Below the pieces are notes generated by a model. That model did no database searches. It was not told where the DNA came from and saw only the letters and a list, made by a program, of their open reading frames with translations. The translations under genes and the position numbers were made by a program. DNA of 64,000 nucleotides from Octopus sinensis (lineage: Eukaryota): positions 180,482,001 to 180,546,000 of the forward strand of contig NC_042997.1 of NCBI RefSeq assembly GCF_006345805.1, in the 5' to 3' direction. Below, in pieces: positions 25,950 through 38,789 of this stretch (position 1 is its first letter; the number at the start of each line of letters is the position of its first letter).

Positions 25950-27299
25950 ATTGAAAATATAACTGAAATTGACAGGACAGAGAAAATGCTTGAAACAGAG
26001 AGTGCCGTTGCTAGTAAGGATCCCAAATTGGATAAAAACTGGTTGGCTTGACTGGCTTATTTAAATTTATCTGGGGTACCAATTGTGGATGCTGTGTCGG
26101 TATAACTCTTACTATTGTAATAGAAATAGATTTTCCCTCCAATTCTACAATTACAGTATTAAAATACGCTGCTTTGTGTGTCATTACTTAATTGATGCTA
26201 TTAAATCACAATACTTGCATATAATTTTTGTTGTTGTTCAGAACTTCAGATCCTATTTTACAAAGTTATGGTGCATAGAGTATCAAGAGCATGATTGGTG
26301 CAATCGACTGATGTAGTTCTGTGAAGATACATCTCCGTTTGGCTCATCTTGAAACAGCGTAGCTTGTATTTTAGATGTTTTAACGCAGTAGATGCAGACT
26401 TCGAATATAATTACTTTGCGAACTGTATCGCATATAATCCTCAACGCCGATATCAGATCAGTGCAAAAGCTGTTCTACTTGAACTACTTTATTAGATGAG
26501 ACTCATCCAATTACTATGCTAAAAGTATTTATTTTTTGTCGTTGCTGCTGTTGCTATTTATGTATGTTCTTTTAAGTTCTCCCAGACGAGTGGAAGAATT
26601 ACTTTCGAATGGCCAGTATATTGTTGCAAGTACAACAATATTCGAATGGTCTAACAGTGTTCGACTATGTTCTAAATGTTTCTGCGTGTTTAAGAGTAAA
26701 TGATCATAAAAAAAACAACCGAAATGAACAAGTAGTTTTTCATTTGGAATATTTGGGTTTGCAGGGTATAAGTGCTTTGTATAATTTGTGTTCCTGTCCA
26801 TTTATTTCTTCTTTACGTTTAGTATTTTTCCCTTTTACGGTGCTGTTTTCTTCAGTTCAAAATGACCTCTGTGTCGGTCTCCGTATAAATGGAAGCCATT
26901 TCCAGCTATGAACCATACCATAAAAAAAAAACCTAAATTTTATTCCAAAATGAAAATACAATCTTTCATCTGTACTTGGAAGAGGAGAAATCTCGGAGCA
27001 AATTGTGGCACCTGGGAGGAATTCAGCTGTTTATGTTAATTACAAAATGAATAACGATATGAAAATGAGAGAGAAAAGGAAAAGAACCATTTCTGTACAA
27101 TTGCTTTAATGACGACGAATGACAGCATATTAGTGTGATATACTACAATACATGTAAAATTTATATAGAACGCAAAATGAAACAACACACTGCATTTTAT
27201 ACTCACAACTCAGAAGTTTCATGATGATTATCGCAATATAGGACCAACAACCGAAGCTCGTGGACTCATGAAGACCCATATAGACCCACGTAAATTAAT

Positions 27300-27700
27300 T
27301 CTCTCTTCACTTGTCTTGAGACAGCATTCACCCGGGTGGGTTGATCTGGCTTCATTCATCCTCAATACTGCATCTCTAACAAACTCCGACCAGGCCTAAC
27401 GACCGCGTGATCACCAACCACTCCTTATTCCAGCGGTGAACGCTGTAGACATGGTTGGGTTCCAGATCAGCCTTGACTGACATCAGCCAGGTTTTTCGTT
27501 GTCCACCACATCGCTTTCACCAACCCTGAAGGGGTGCTGGGGCAATTGCTTCGTAGATGAATTCTCTTGGTTGACGACGGAGGGCATGATCCAGCCAACG
27601 CAAACGTAAATTAATTCCACTATCAGTACATACTCTCGCCCATTGCTAGCCTTCAAGGGCATGCAAAGTTCTGGCATATACTCTCGTGTTCAACCTTGTT
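27300..27700 (-). mobile_element. RTE-like LINE 3' relic (second family)
   Basis: LRWLDHALRRQPREFIYEAIAPAP...TWLMSVKADLEP...RWNKEWL...AWSEFVRDAV, with frameshifts. Confidence 0.65.
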
Positions 27701-28439
27701 ACTTTCATGGTATGTAGTACTTCTGCACTTTCATTACCTTCTACAAATGTAATTTGAAAAAGTCGATGGGGAGTATGCTATGTTTAGGATTTCTTTTTAA
27801 TTTACCGTTCTTTATATTTTTATCTAATATAAAAGAACACTGAAATTTGTGAAAATTAAAGTCACAAAAAGATACGATAGAAAATTATTGCATTTTGTCA
27901 TTAAAAGTGGCTTTGCTATTGATTATGTTAAATGAATAATTGTATTGATCGCTTCATAGAGTTTAATAATGTATTTAAGGATCCTATAACGTAAGCACCT
28001 TGAAACAGCAATTGCTGGGATAAAAATAGATGCAATCTTAGCTGAGGTCATGAAATGTCATTTTATCCTCGTGTATTCCAACTATATGATAAGGTATTTG
28101 CATAATTTATAAAACATGTGGGATTATGTAGCCAACTGTTAAAATGTGCATTGCTGGCAAATAAGTCCAAGGTTAATTCAGGAAGACATAATAATATAAT
28201 TTCAATTTTGGGGATTATTGAAGTCACAAATTAAGACTAGAATTAGTATGTTGAAAGTAACGAAATTTCCACAAAGACACCATGCATATTTTTGTCTTTC
28301 ACTTTGTTTTTAATTATACTATTCCCTATTAATTGTCAGAGTAAACGTGTGTAATACATAGATATAGACACAGACGGAGACAGCGAGAACCAGGCAGACA
28401 GATAGACAAACAGACAGACAGACAGATAGACAGATAGAC

Positions 28440-28486
<47 letters not shown>

Positions 28487-28613
28487 CAGACAGACGGTCA
28501 GACAGTTGATATTTCGCTTGATATGTCCGATGCAACAGGTTCTTAGAGCTTCCTCCCTCCAGAGGCCCGCATTTCAACATAGATTAGAATTCAACACGTA
28601 CTTTCATATATAT

Positions 28614-28676
<63 letters not shown>

Positions 28677-28684
28677 ATATATAT

Positions 28685-28716
<32 letters not shown>

Positions 28717-28751
28717 ATATATTATATATATATAATATATATATATATATA

Positions 28752-28920
28752 GGCGCAGGAGTGGCTGTGTGGTAAGTAGCTTGCTAACCAACCACATGGG
28801 TCCGGGTTCAGTCCCACTGCGTGGCATCTTGGGCAAGTGTCTTCTGCTATAGCCCCGGGCTGACCAATACCTTGTGAGTGGATTTGGTAGAGGGAAACTG
28901 AAACAAGTAAAAGAGTAAAG
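28752..28920 (+). mobile_element. SINE family A, internally deleted
   Basis: Head joined directly to tail at the shared ACTGAAA microhomology (GGAAACTGAAACAAGTAAAAGAG). Confidence 0.8.
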
Positions 28921-28956
<36 letters not shown>

Positions 28957-28957
<1 letters not shown>

Positions 28958-29980
28958 TGCAGGAAGTAAATAGACACCTTTAATTTTCTAAATTTCTCAA
29001 CTAAGCATCTGAATATGTTTTCAGCGGTGTCGAATTTACAATGTAATTATTCTGTTTCATTTCTCGGTGCCATTATATTAAATATTTGTGAAGAGTAACC
29101 ATGCCACACACAAAACATTCTGCAGGGATCGTATTGCTGGGCAATCTGAGACTGATCATAGCCAGCGAAAAATTGCCGAAAATCTTCAAATTCCTCTTGC
29201 TACTATTTATAGAATTATAGTGCAATTCAAAAGCCAAGGAAAAGAATCAACAGATTCTCGTCCCGGCCGACCTGGGCCCTCGGAAAGGAAGTTTCACTGT
29301 TTGAAGAGATTTATGGAAAATGAACTCCGTTCGAAGGCTTCTGACGTTGCAAAACAGCTACAAAGTTAGTCCAAGAACGTGGCATAAGCCACGTAAATTA
29401 ATTCCACTATCAGTATTATGGAGAGCAGCTAGAAGAAAACCAATTAATATTATAAAAAGAAAGAAATGGACTAAGGAGATATCAGAAAAATCCAGTTCAT
29501 TTTGAGATAGAGTGATTTTCTCAGATGAATCCAGATTTGCATTATTTTCAGACAGTGAACGTGTTTGGGTATGGAGGCTTCCCAATCAAGTATTTCATTT
29601 GAAACGACTCTAACCAACTTTAAAACGAGTGAAAATGGGATCAAAAAGGTTCCTTGGTCGAGCCAATCTCCCGACATGAACCCAACTGAAAATCTTTGGA
29701 GCATACTAGATAGAGTTATACGAAAACTCAACAGAAACCTAAATCTAAAGATGAATTTTTTCCATTGTTGCGTGAAATGTGGGCAGTAATTCCACAAGAA
29801 ACAATCACAAAGCTCATCAGTTCAATGCCAAAAAGAGTTCCTGAATTAAAAACTGCACAGGGAATGTCAACTAAATCCTAAAGCATGTAGTCCTACCTAT
29901 TGATTATATTTTAATTGTTCACTTTGCGTATTAAATAAAAGATTTTGAAAATTAAAGGTGTATATTTACTTCCTGCATGT
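28957..29980 (+). mobile_element. Tc1-type DNA transposon, internally deleted, both TIRs present
   Basis: TIRs ATGCAGGAAGTAAATAGACACCTTTAATTTTC (28957) and its inverse ending at 29978. [23 protein letters not shown]...RPGRP, first Asp motif [25 protein letters not shown]-terminal SMPKR...TK. The middle D region is deleted. Confidence 0.9.
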
Positions 29981-30014
29981 CTATGTGTGTGTATGTATAT
30001 ATATATATATATAT

Positions 30015-30045
<31 letters not shown>

Positions 30046-30053
30046 TTATAAAG

Positions 30054-30097
<44 letters not shown>

Positions 30098-30159
30098 TAT
30101 ATATATATACATATATATGTATGCATAATATGTACGATATATATATATATATGCATATA

Positions 30160-30345
30160 TGTATGATAGATCGCTAGCCACTATACCTTTTTCTATTTTC
30201 TTTCCCTGTTTATTTTCGTGTTCCTTTCTCTCAAAGAGCGTAGGCTCGAAACGTAAAAGACTTTCTCACTACCCAAGCGTTAAACTAATACATCTGTTTG
30301 TTGTTTACAAACCCATCTTTGTCTTTTGTTGGTTTTTTTTGTAAA
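30160..30345 (+). repeat. 3' part of hammerhead-bearing repeat family (paralog of 61500-61700)
   Basis: Shared GAT..CTAGC.ACT...AAGAGCGTAGGCTCGAAACGT.AAAGAC...AGCG..A.ACTAATACA. Core decayed to CTCTCAA at 30228-30234. Confidence 0.7.
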
Positions 30346-30364
30346 TTCTCACTGCACACACACA

Positions 30365-30431
<67 letters not shown>

Positions 30432-30447
30432 TACATACATAAATATA

Positions 30448-30494
<47 letters not shown>

Positions 30495-31149
30495 TCCAAC
30501 ACTTTCTCCCTCTCCTGCACGTGCGTTCTCTCTGCCTTTCTCTCAAAGGCATCTTCCGACACAAGGTCGAAATCAATTTCAATTGCATAGACACTGCAAC
30601 TGTTATGCCTAATTGTAAAAATAAATTACAAGGCTTCCACTTAAAATTGAAATGTTATTTCAGATTCATATCGCTGCCAGCGTACTTTTCACTCAACTAC
30701 ACTCATCAGGACGAAGATAAGTAGCAGAAAGCAATTACATCACACTTTAAATTTTAAAAAAACATACACGAAGAACTAAAATTAAAAATCTCTTATGGGG
30801 CATATATGCAAACGAAATATGCTGACGACATACGTTCTTTGGCACGCAATAAAAGTAAAGGTCGAGCGTCCCATTACGCTAATAGTTTAATATCAGTTCC
30901 AATGCAAATAGCATGTAAACTATTAGCAATTGCTGACAGATAGATTAAAATTATTCATGCACATGTTCGGCGCCGCAATGTAAAATGTATACATTATACA
31001 TTGGTGTAAACATGCAGATATATAAACACAATCAACAATTGCAACTCTCCCGGACGCTTAAGGTGCCACAAATAAAAGGTACGACGTGTGTTGAAACCTG
31101 TTCAGTCAAATACACCAGTTGGCTGTACGATAGATTATACCTATCGAAG

Positions 31150-31445
31150 TTCAATTCCATTTCCCCGCGATCAGGTCCAACATGATTTATTCACGAACCT
31201 CCCAAACTGGCATATTTGAAACTCATCTCATAAACTGTCATATATTTCAGTCTTCTAGATATGGGCTTGCTCCACTCTGCTTGTCATATGGTATAGTGAG
31301 TTTGATCAAAATCACTTCTCTGATGATTGTTAGAAGAGTAAAATCTCCGGTCTCATATCACTCTTGTTGATTATGTCAATGCTGGAAAGAACTGCTGTGC
31401 ACATCGAGTCATATACTCCATCCAGGAAATCCTTGACAAATAGGT
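31150..31445 (-). mobile_element. RLE endonuclease-domain relic (Hero/NeSL-like LINE)
   Basis: With frameshifts: DMRPEILLF...EVILIKLTIPYD / SRVEQAHI*KTEIYDSL, resembling RPD.VL...VILIELTVPWE..EEAH..K..KY..L. Confidence 0.5.
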
Positions 31446-31457
31446 AGATATATAGAG

Positions 31458-31544
31458 AATACCAAACGAGTTCCCTATGGATACCGTATTTATTACAACG
31501 AGTGGCTTGTAAATACGGTATCCATAGGGAATTAGTTTGGTATT
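31458..31544. repeat. 87-nt hairpin with a perfect 22-bp inner stem
   Basis: TTCCCTATGGATACCGTATTTA (31471-31492) pairs with 31510-31531; outer AATACCAAAC/GTTTGGTATT. Confidence 0.9.
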
Positions 31545-31640
31545 TTATTTATTACACACGAATAAACGACCATATTTTATTAACCCAATAACTAAATTCT
31601 TCACGTTTAGTTGTAACTTATGAATGACAAAAGTAGTGCC

Positions 31641-31744
31641 GTCACCGTGACCTCAGGTCATCATCATGGATTGACCAATCAGAAGCAGCGCTGTCACCGT
31701 GACCTCGGGTCATCACCATGGATTGACCAATCAGAAGCAGCGCT
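31641..31744. repeat. 52-bp tandem duplication containing CCAAT boxes
   Basis: GTCACCGTGACCTC(A/G)GGTCATCA(T/C)CATGGATTGACCAATCAGAAGCAGCGCT twice, 2 mismatches. Confidence 0.9.
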
Positions 31745-31808
31745 CGCAGTATCTGACATATGTTAGATACAAAAAATATCTCAAAGTGTTCTCACTCACA
31801 TGTGTGTA

Positions 31809-31841
<33 letters not shown>

Positions 31842-31954
31842 TGTATGTATGTATGTATGTATGTATGTATGTATGTATGTATGTATGTATGTGTGTATGT
31901 AGACAGATAAGGAGATAGAGACAGACAGACATATAGATAATTATACACATACGT

Positions 31955-32342
31955 ACACTCGCGGCACTCCGTCGGTTACGACGACGAGAGTTCCAGTTGA
32001 CCTGATCAACCGAACAGCCTGCTCGTGAAATTAACGTGCAAGTGGCTGAGCACTCTACAGACAGGTGTACTCTTAACGTAGTTCTCGGGGGGATTCAGCG
32101 TGACACAGAGTATGATAAGACTGGCCCTTTGAAATACAGGTACAACAGAAACAGGAAGAAAGAGTGAGAGAAAGTTGCGGTGAAAAAGTACAGGAGGGTT
32201 CACCAACACCCACTGCCGGAGCTTCTTGGAGCTTTAGGTGTTTTCGCTCTATAAACACTCACAACACCTGGTCTGGGAATCAAAACCACGATCCCATGAC
32301 TGCGAGTCCCCTGCCCTAACCACTGGGCCATTGCACCTCCAC
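31955..32342 (-). mobile_element. SINE with family C head and a different 3' module
   Basis: 32190-32342 matches 4319-4515 in reverse complement; 31955-32190 is unrelated to 4520-4620. Confidence 0.8.
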
Positions 32343-32676
32343 ACGTACATATAGACATAGACGAGAATTATAGTACTGCTGCGCCCTTTCCCTCTACCCT
32401 CTCCGTCTCCCACTCTGTCTGTTCCTCGCAGGCGCGCGTGGATTTCATTTCGAGAGAATCTTCTCCAGTACACTTTAGTTACTTACTTTTCTCTCTTATT
32501 TGCCATAAAAAACTGATTTCGTCTGAACTAAATTCTGCTGGGAATATGAAATATTTAATATATCATTTAGAAGAACTGAAAGAGAAAAAAATGTGTCTAT
32601 CTATTTCTGCTCCCTGTCAGTAAGTCACTAAGGAAAAGTTATGTATTAATTTGCATTTACATATACATTCCCCGGT

Positions 32677-32876
32677 ATGTGTGTGTGTATGTGTGTGTGT
32701 GTTTGTGTGTGTGTTTGTGTGTGTGTTTGTGTGTGTTTGTGTGTGTGTGTTTGTGTGTGTTGTGTGTGTGTATGTGTGTGTGTGTTTGTGTGTGTGTTTG
32801 TGTGTGTGTTTGTGTGTGTTTGTGTGTGTTTGTGTGTGTGTTTGTGTGTGTTGTGTGTGTTTGTGTGTGTGTGTAA
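32677..32876. repeat. (GT)n / (TGTGTGTT)n low-complexity array
   Basis: Direct inspection. Confidence 0.95.
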
Positions 32877-33354
32877 AGTGTCATGGTGTATGTGGTGAGA
32901 TGCTACTGAAACCATACTAATATCAACACGTGAGCTCTAATGGACGATAGATGATAGGATGTTAGGTTTTCGAAAGAAGAGTTTCGAAGTTTGATAGCAT
33001 GTTTTCATATGTGTGTCGGTGAGATGGTGGTTGTTCTGTGTCTAGCTGTGGTACATGTTGCATGTTCTGTAATACTGTGCTTAATTACATAAGATATATT
33101 ATTTCAGTCTCGTCATATACCCTTTACGTTAAGCAATCTATTTCTGTACGCCTGCGGTACCTTAAGATAACTACTGTATGGCCGGTAATCTAGGCTCGCT
33201 TAGAGGAAGTCAGATGTATTCATGATAAAACACATATGCATGTAATATTACTTGCCCAATTTGCACTGAATTTTTTACAGTAGTTCTTAATTTTATTTGT
33301 CTTAGCATGAAAGTTTATTCGTCTCTAGTATGAAATTAATAACCTAGAAAATCG

Positions 33355-33400
33355 TCGAGGGCCGCATGTGGCCCGAGAATCGCAAGTTGCCCATGCATGG
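33355..33400 (+). mobile_element. Possible hAT-type MITE terminus
   Basis: GAGGGCCGCATGTGGCCCG...AGTTGCCCA resembles the subterminal motif of hAT non-autonomous elements; partner end not found. Confidence 0.35.
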
Positions 33401-33949
33401 CCGATGATATTTGGTCAGAGGTATGAAAACGTCAGACCGCAGAATTTCAAAATTTTTAGGGATTTATAATATTTCACACCGCCCTTCCTTTCTTGGTACC
33501 GGATAGAAGGAGGTTTCAAACAACAATGGAGATTCTATGCATTCTAATAATCAGTTAGAATCAAGAAAAATGTTAAAGCTTACCCTGCTTAATAACAACT
33601 GTTTGAGTGTTATGAACTACTAGTGTCCAGGGATATTAGTTTTTAGTTCCCCACGAATCCCCAAACGCTTGCGTTTGGTGCCCTCATACACTTAGTGTGT
33701 CGTTTAAGAAAAAAAATCATTATTACATTTATTTGGTTAATGTAAATGCACCTAAATCTTTCGTCCGTTACAATTTAATACAACCATTTCCCATAAGAAA
33801 TATACTAATTATGATTTAGTTTTCAGGTAAACGTCTTTAGATAATATGTAGTCTTAGTGACTGGTCACAGTTAGTAAAAAATGTTTTGTCGAGTCAGCCA
33901 ACATCCTTACATAACTTCTCAGTTACTATTTTATGGGATGGTTTGGTGG

Positions 33950-34122
33950 GATGGTTATGCTGGCAATAATCTATTTCGTCTGTCTCTACGTTCTGAGTTC
34001 AATTTCCGCCGAAGTCGACTTTGCCTTTCATCCTTTCGGGGTCGATACATTAAGTACCAGTTGCGTACTGGAGTCGATCAAATCGACTGGCTCCCTCCCC
34101 GAAAATTTCGAGCCTTGAGTAG
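33950..34122 (+). mobile_element. SINE family B
   Basis: TTTCGTCTGTCTCTACGTTCTGAGTTCAATTTCCGCCGAAGTCGACTTTGCCTTTCATCCTTTCGGGGTCGAT. Confidence 0.85.
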
Positions 34123-35290
34123 AAAACAATAATTTTCATTATAGGCACTTACAACGCCTTCCGGCAGCCGTTTGCATCGACCTCATAGTTCAGACTGTTA
34201 CAAACAACAATGAGAAGATGATAAAATCAGTGATATTTTAATTCAAAAGAGATATGTATTTTTTTTCTGTTCAAGAATCACACTTAACCCGAACTTTCGA
34301 CGGTTTTCACGTTCATTCAAGTGAGATGGTGAAAGTTATATTTTGCGCTATTTGGTTTTAAGGATTTATCTCTGCTCATCGCGATTTGAAAACCCCTCTT
34401 CTCAGGCTGCTGGTAGGAGATAGAAGTCGAACTCAGATATGAAAGATGCATCAAATCTCCGACTGATAATTTATCCGTCCCCAAAAGACGAAAAGTAAAG
34501 TCACACTTGGTACCAATTCACTTCAAAACGCAAACAGCCTTACTTTTTCCCGGTCGTACTCCCAGCACTGTAACATCTCTCCAGTTAAACGCATTGGACA
34601 TATTACTATGGTGTAAACAATTTACTTAAACGAATTAGCAATATCCCTATACCATTCTCATTATATTAAACATAGTAGCTTATCTAATTACATAGAAGTC
34701 TTAAATTATTTACAAGGTTATTTTCCCAAACAAAGCCATTAGATTGCAGCAGTTCAAATTATTTTATGAACTTCACAAATAGAAAAGGTTAAGCAGACAT
34801 GGTGAGACTTGAACTTATGATATTAGAAAAAGAATTTAGACGGCAAATCTCCTGAGCCACCTCAATATTTATATTCGTCACGATAAAAGGTGAAAATTAA
34901 CGTGATATATGCATTCTATTTAGATTAAATACTCCAAAAATAGTTAATTATAATCTATTTCACAGGAAGATAAGTTTAAAATAAAAGAATATAATACTAA
35001 CTATAAGCACAGATTTCCTATCTATTTCTTAAAATTATTACCTTGTGTTCACTGGATATTATTCAATATAATTTTTCTTATATTTCTAATATGAGTGCAC
35101 GAAATATTAAAAAACGTATCTCATAACTAAATTAGCAAATAATGCAACGGAAAGAAAACACAAATTGTGAAATTGCTTCTAAAAAAAGAAAGCATTACTA
35201 ACAAAAGTATGATACATAAATAGAAATACAAAGTTTAAAAGAAGTGAAGCATATTATATAAAAGGAACATTTGTAAATTACATGATTATT

Positions 35291-35362
<72 letters not shown>

Positions 35363-35528
35363 GCAATAACTAAGTACAGAGAAATGAATGTGGAAACTAA
35401 ACGTTAAAAAGAAATTATATGAGAAAAATTGTATAGTTATGATATTGTAATTATTTTAATATTTTATGTTTTAAGTTTCCATCAAAGTATATAATTCATA
35501 TCACGGAAGTAAAACATAAACTCACACG

Positions 35529-35618
<90 letters not shown>

Positions 35619-35890
35619 TGTTTATATGTATGCACACATATATGTATGCGTATATATATATATGTATATATTTATATACATATATATATACGTATGTATA
35701 TATGTGTGTATGTATACGTATGTATGTCTTTAAATATAGTTTGTAATTACAGATAATTCACAAAGAAATTCTAGATTACAAAACGCAATGCGTAAATGTA
35801 GAGATTCTTTCCTATATCATAGCTTAGAGGCTCACAGATACCAATGTGCTGATACTAGCATTTATATATCTAAGGCAGACAAACAGATGT

Positions 35891-35891
<1 letters not shown>

Positions 35892-35980
<89 letters not shown>

Positions 35981-36004
35981 GGGTAGATAGATAGATGGGT
36001 AGAC

Positions 36005-36084
<80 letters not shown>

Positions 36085-36125
36085 GGGTAGACAGACGGAT
36101 AGACAGACAGACAGACAGACAGAGA
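35892..36125. repeat. (AGAT)n/(AGAC)n microsatellite
   Basis: Direct inspection. Confidence 0.95.
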
Positions 36126-37069
36126 AAGATTCATATATGCAAAACATATCCCTGGAGATGAGTGGCGAACACTGCATTGGGCATTGCTGGATGAATAAAT
36201 CATTTCCTTAAACAGTAGAATGCTACAAAACTTGTAGCAATTCTTTTATTTGAATGTATTTGCAATTAAGAGTTCCTAGTTTTACTGGTATCGCGAAGGG
36301 TCTGGTTGGAGGCCCAGTCTTCCGAGGTCTTTTACAGGGTGTATAAAAACTGATGGACTGCTGCTTAAATGTGTGAATCTGAGACGTTATTATGTTGAAT
36401 AAAATCATGATTAATTTATCCTACTGTTTTACCCAAAATCAAGTACCTTTCAGCACCCCCTCGTAGTTAGTATTATTCTCTAAAAATATTTTAGAGTTGC
36501 TACAAATCTGCAATGTACGACTGAATTATAGTGAAATATTTGCACAACACGAGTGGTATCGTTTGTCATTACTCTACAATTCAAAGGAATAGATACAGCG
36601 TAAACACATAGAATGTTTATTATTGTTTTCCTAAGATCTTTTCGCTTTGAACGGTAGTTTTTTCTAGCGGTGTCATATGAAATCGTCACCCATAATTATG
36701 ACCCTAGTATCGATCTATTGCATTTCAATCTGTTTTAGAGTTAGGGTTAAAGTTAGGGTTAGGGTTAGGGGTAGGAGGAAGGGCATTTTTTCTTCAGAAA
36801 TGTAAATAAACCCAATCTGTTTCTTAAACGAGGGACATTTTCATACGGCACAGAATGTTTTCACCTCAATAGACGTCATTGATTGGTTGAAATTGCAGAA
36901 ATTGAAGAAAAACAACAAATATCTTACAAACTATAGAAGTTTCTCAATAAAGCCAAGAGAAAAAGATGTTTTATAAACACATTCTACCAGTATACGAAGT
37001 TTAAAAGTGTTTAGTTACGTGGAAACCGAAAAGATCCGTTTACTAAAATATATTCGGTCTCCAAAATAG

Positions 37070-37250
37070 AATCTCAAACATTTCGGTATATGCTCACATT
37101 CTTGCTCAAAGTCTCACCTCAAATCTTCCACTGTTGTCGGTTTAGTAACGTACTCCTATCTTTGAAGCATCCCCATGAACCTCTAGGGTAGTGACGTCCC
37201 CCGATTATTGTGAAAGCGCAGAGTGCTCTACCGAGCCTCTAAGTCTAAAC
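37070..37250 (-). mobile_element. Tc1/mariner-superfamily transposase C-terminal relic
   Basis: With frameshifts: DVTTL..WGCFKDR.YVTKPTTVEDLR*DFEQECEHIP, like PDLTPLDFFLWGYLK..VY..KP.T..DL...I. Confidence 0.55.
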
Positions 37251-38348
37251 GTTTGGGTAAATCACTTCAATAAAGACCTTTAAATGGCTTACACAGAGAC
37301 AGAGAGAAAAGACTAAAACATTCGAATAGAACATTATGTATATACAGGTGGACACATAAGTTGTTGACACATCTTAAAACTGCCATAGTCACATGTAACC
37401 GAGCAATCTGCCAGCGCTCGCTATTTTTTTTTTCTTTTTTCGATGAACTATTTGGAACATCAAACAATATTGCTATGACGTCAAAGATACTTCCATAAGA
37501 ATAAAACAAATATATATGTGCGTATGTGTGCATATTTTTCTGCTTGTGTGTTTTTCTGTGTGTCGTTAAATATTTGATCATGTGCTTTTCAAAGAAATCT
37601 CCTGAGGTCTTTCCTTCATAGACATCACGAATAAATGTCAATCTCACATTCATGAAAATGTTACACTAAAATAATTCCCCAAAGCAATATTTAGCAACGG
37701 CGAGATCAAAAATATGTAATATAATGATTTGAAAATGTCCGATCAACTGACACTATCCTAGCGATTAGGAGAGGAAAATCCACTCGGTTCTTGAATATAA
37801 TTTAAAATCTGTAATTATTAACAGATACTTCAAAATAATATCATTCGGTTCTGGTTTGGTATGTACAATTTTTAAGTAACCGGTATAAAATATTCAAATA
37901 TATATATATAAACCAGTGAGTGTGTAAGAAGATAAATGTATATGTATGCGTTTATTTGTTTGTTGGTGTATATGTTTTTTAGAATGTTTATGTGTATGCA
38001 TGTATGCATGCCTGTATACATATATATATATATATATATACTTTTATGTACTATACATTTACAGCTGTTTTTCATAATGAAATCGCTGTTGAATACAATT
38101 AAATTATGAAATTTGTGAGAAATATTTGATTTCCACCTCAAGTCGTTTTAGTTCATCTTTACATATATACTAGTAGGATACTTGGGTATAGTGCATGGTG
38201 ATAACATAGACACATGCTCTCTCTCTCTCACTCACACACACTCTCACTCTCACACCATCTGTCTATGTATATAAGTGTATATATATATATACATACATAC
38301 AGACAGACATACAGACATACATATATATATATACATACATATATATAC

Positions 38349-38405
<57 letters not shown>

Positions 38406-38789
38406 AGTTAAACGCAGGTGTTATTCAAATTCTTTTACTTCCGACACTTGTTTCGAAGATATCACTGGTATTAATCCAAAGGAATAAAATGGTGTAAAGC
38501 AAGTAATGAAAAAAGGAAACTTGTCAATAAGACATTTTAAAAGAATATGATGGATATGTTTAGTGATTAACTGAACGCTATTAAGTTTTTTAATAAAACG
38601 TTAGAGGATATCATGTCAAAAGTAGCCTATAGAAAGAGGGGAGATAAAAGAAAGAAAGGAAAACACCCAAATACATGAGAAGTACATAACGATATGTAAA
38701 TAATATAAAATCCTAAAGTCTTGGGAAAAGATATATTTATTGAATGTCAAAATGTAAGAAGAAAATTAATGTTTAAATTACATATAATG

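Noticed and set aside
26516-26652. Signal-peptide-like MLKVFIFVVAAVAIYVCS short ORF
   Set aside because: Requires an assumed frameshift in a T-run; hydrophobicity is expected from T-rich DNA.
30680-30710. CTGATGA...GAAA on the minus strand
   Set aside because: Stem II and stem I do not pair.
31641-31744. CRISPR-like direct repeats
   Set aside because: Only two abutting units with no spacers, in a eukaryotic context with no cas genes.
34795-34865. tRNA-like A/B boxes on the minus strand
   Set aside because: No cloverleaf; most likely a decayed SINE head. The same applies to all SINE heads, so no tRNA gene is called.
38435-38485. GAAAC-AAGT-GTC-GGAA half hammerhead downstream of PLE 1 (minus strand)
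   Set aside because: Position fits a pseudo-LTR ribozyme, but the CUGANGA strand is unrecognisable (TTTGGAT).
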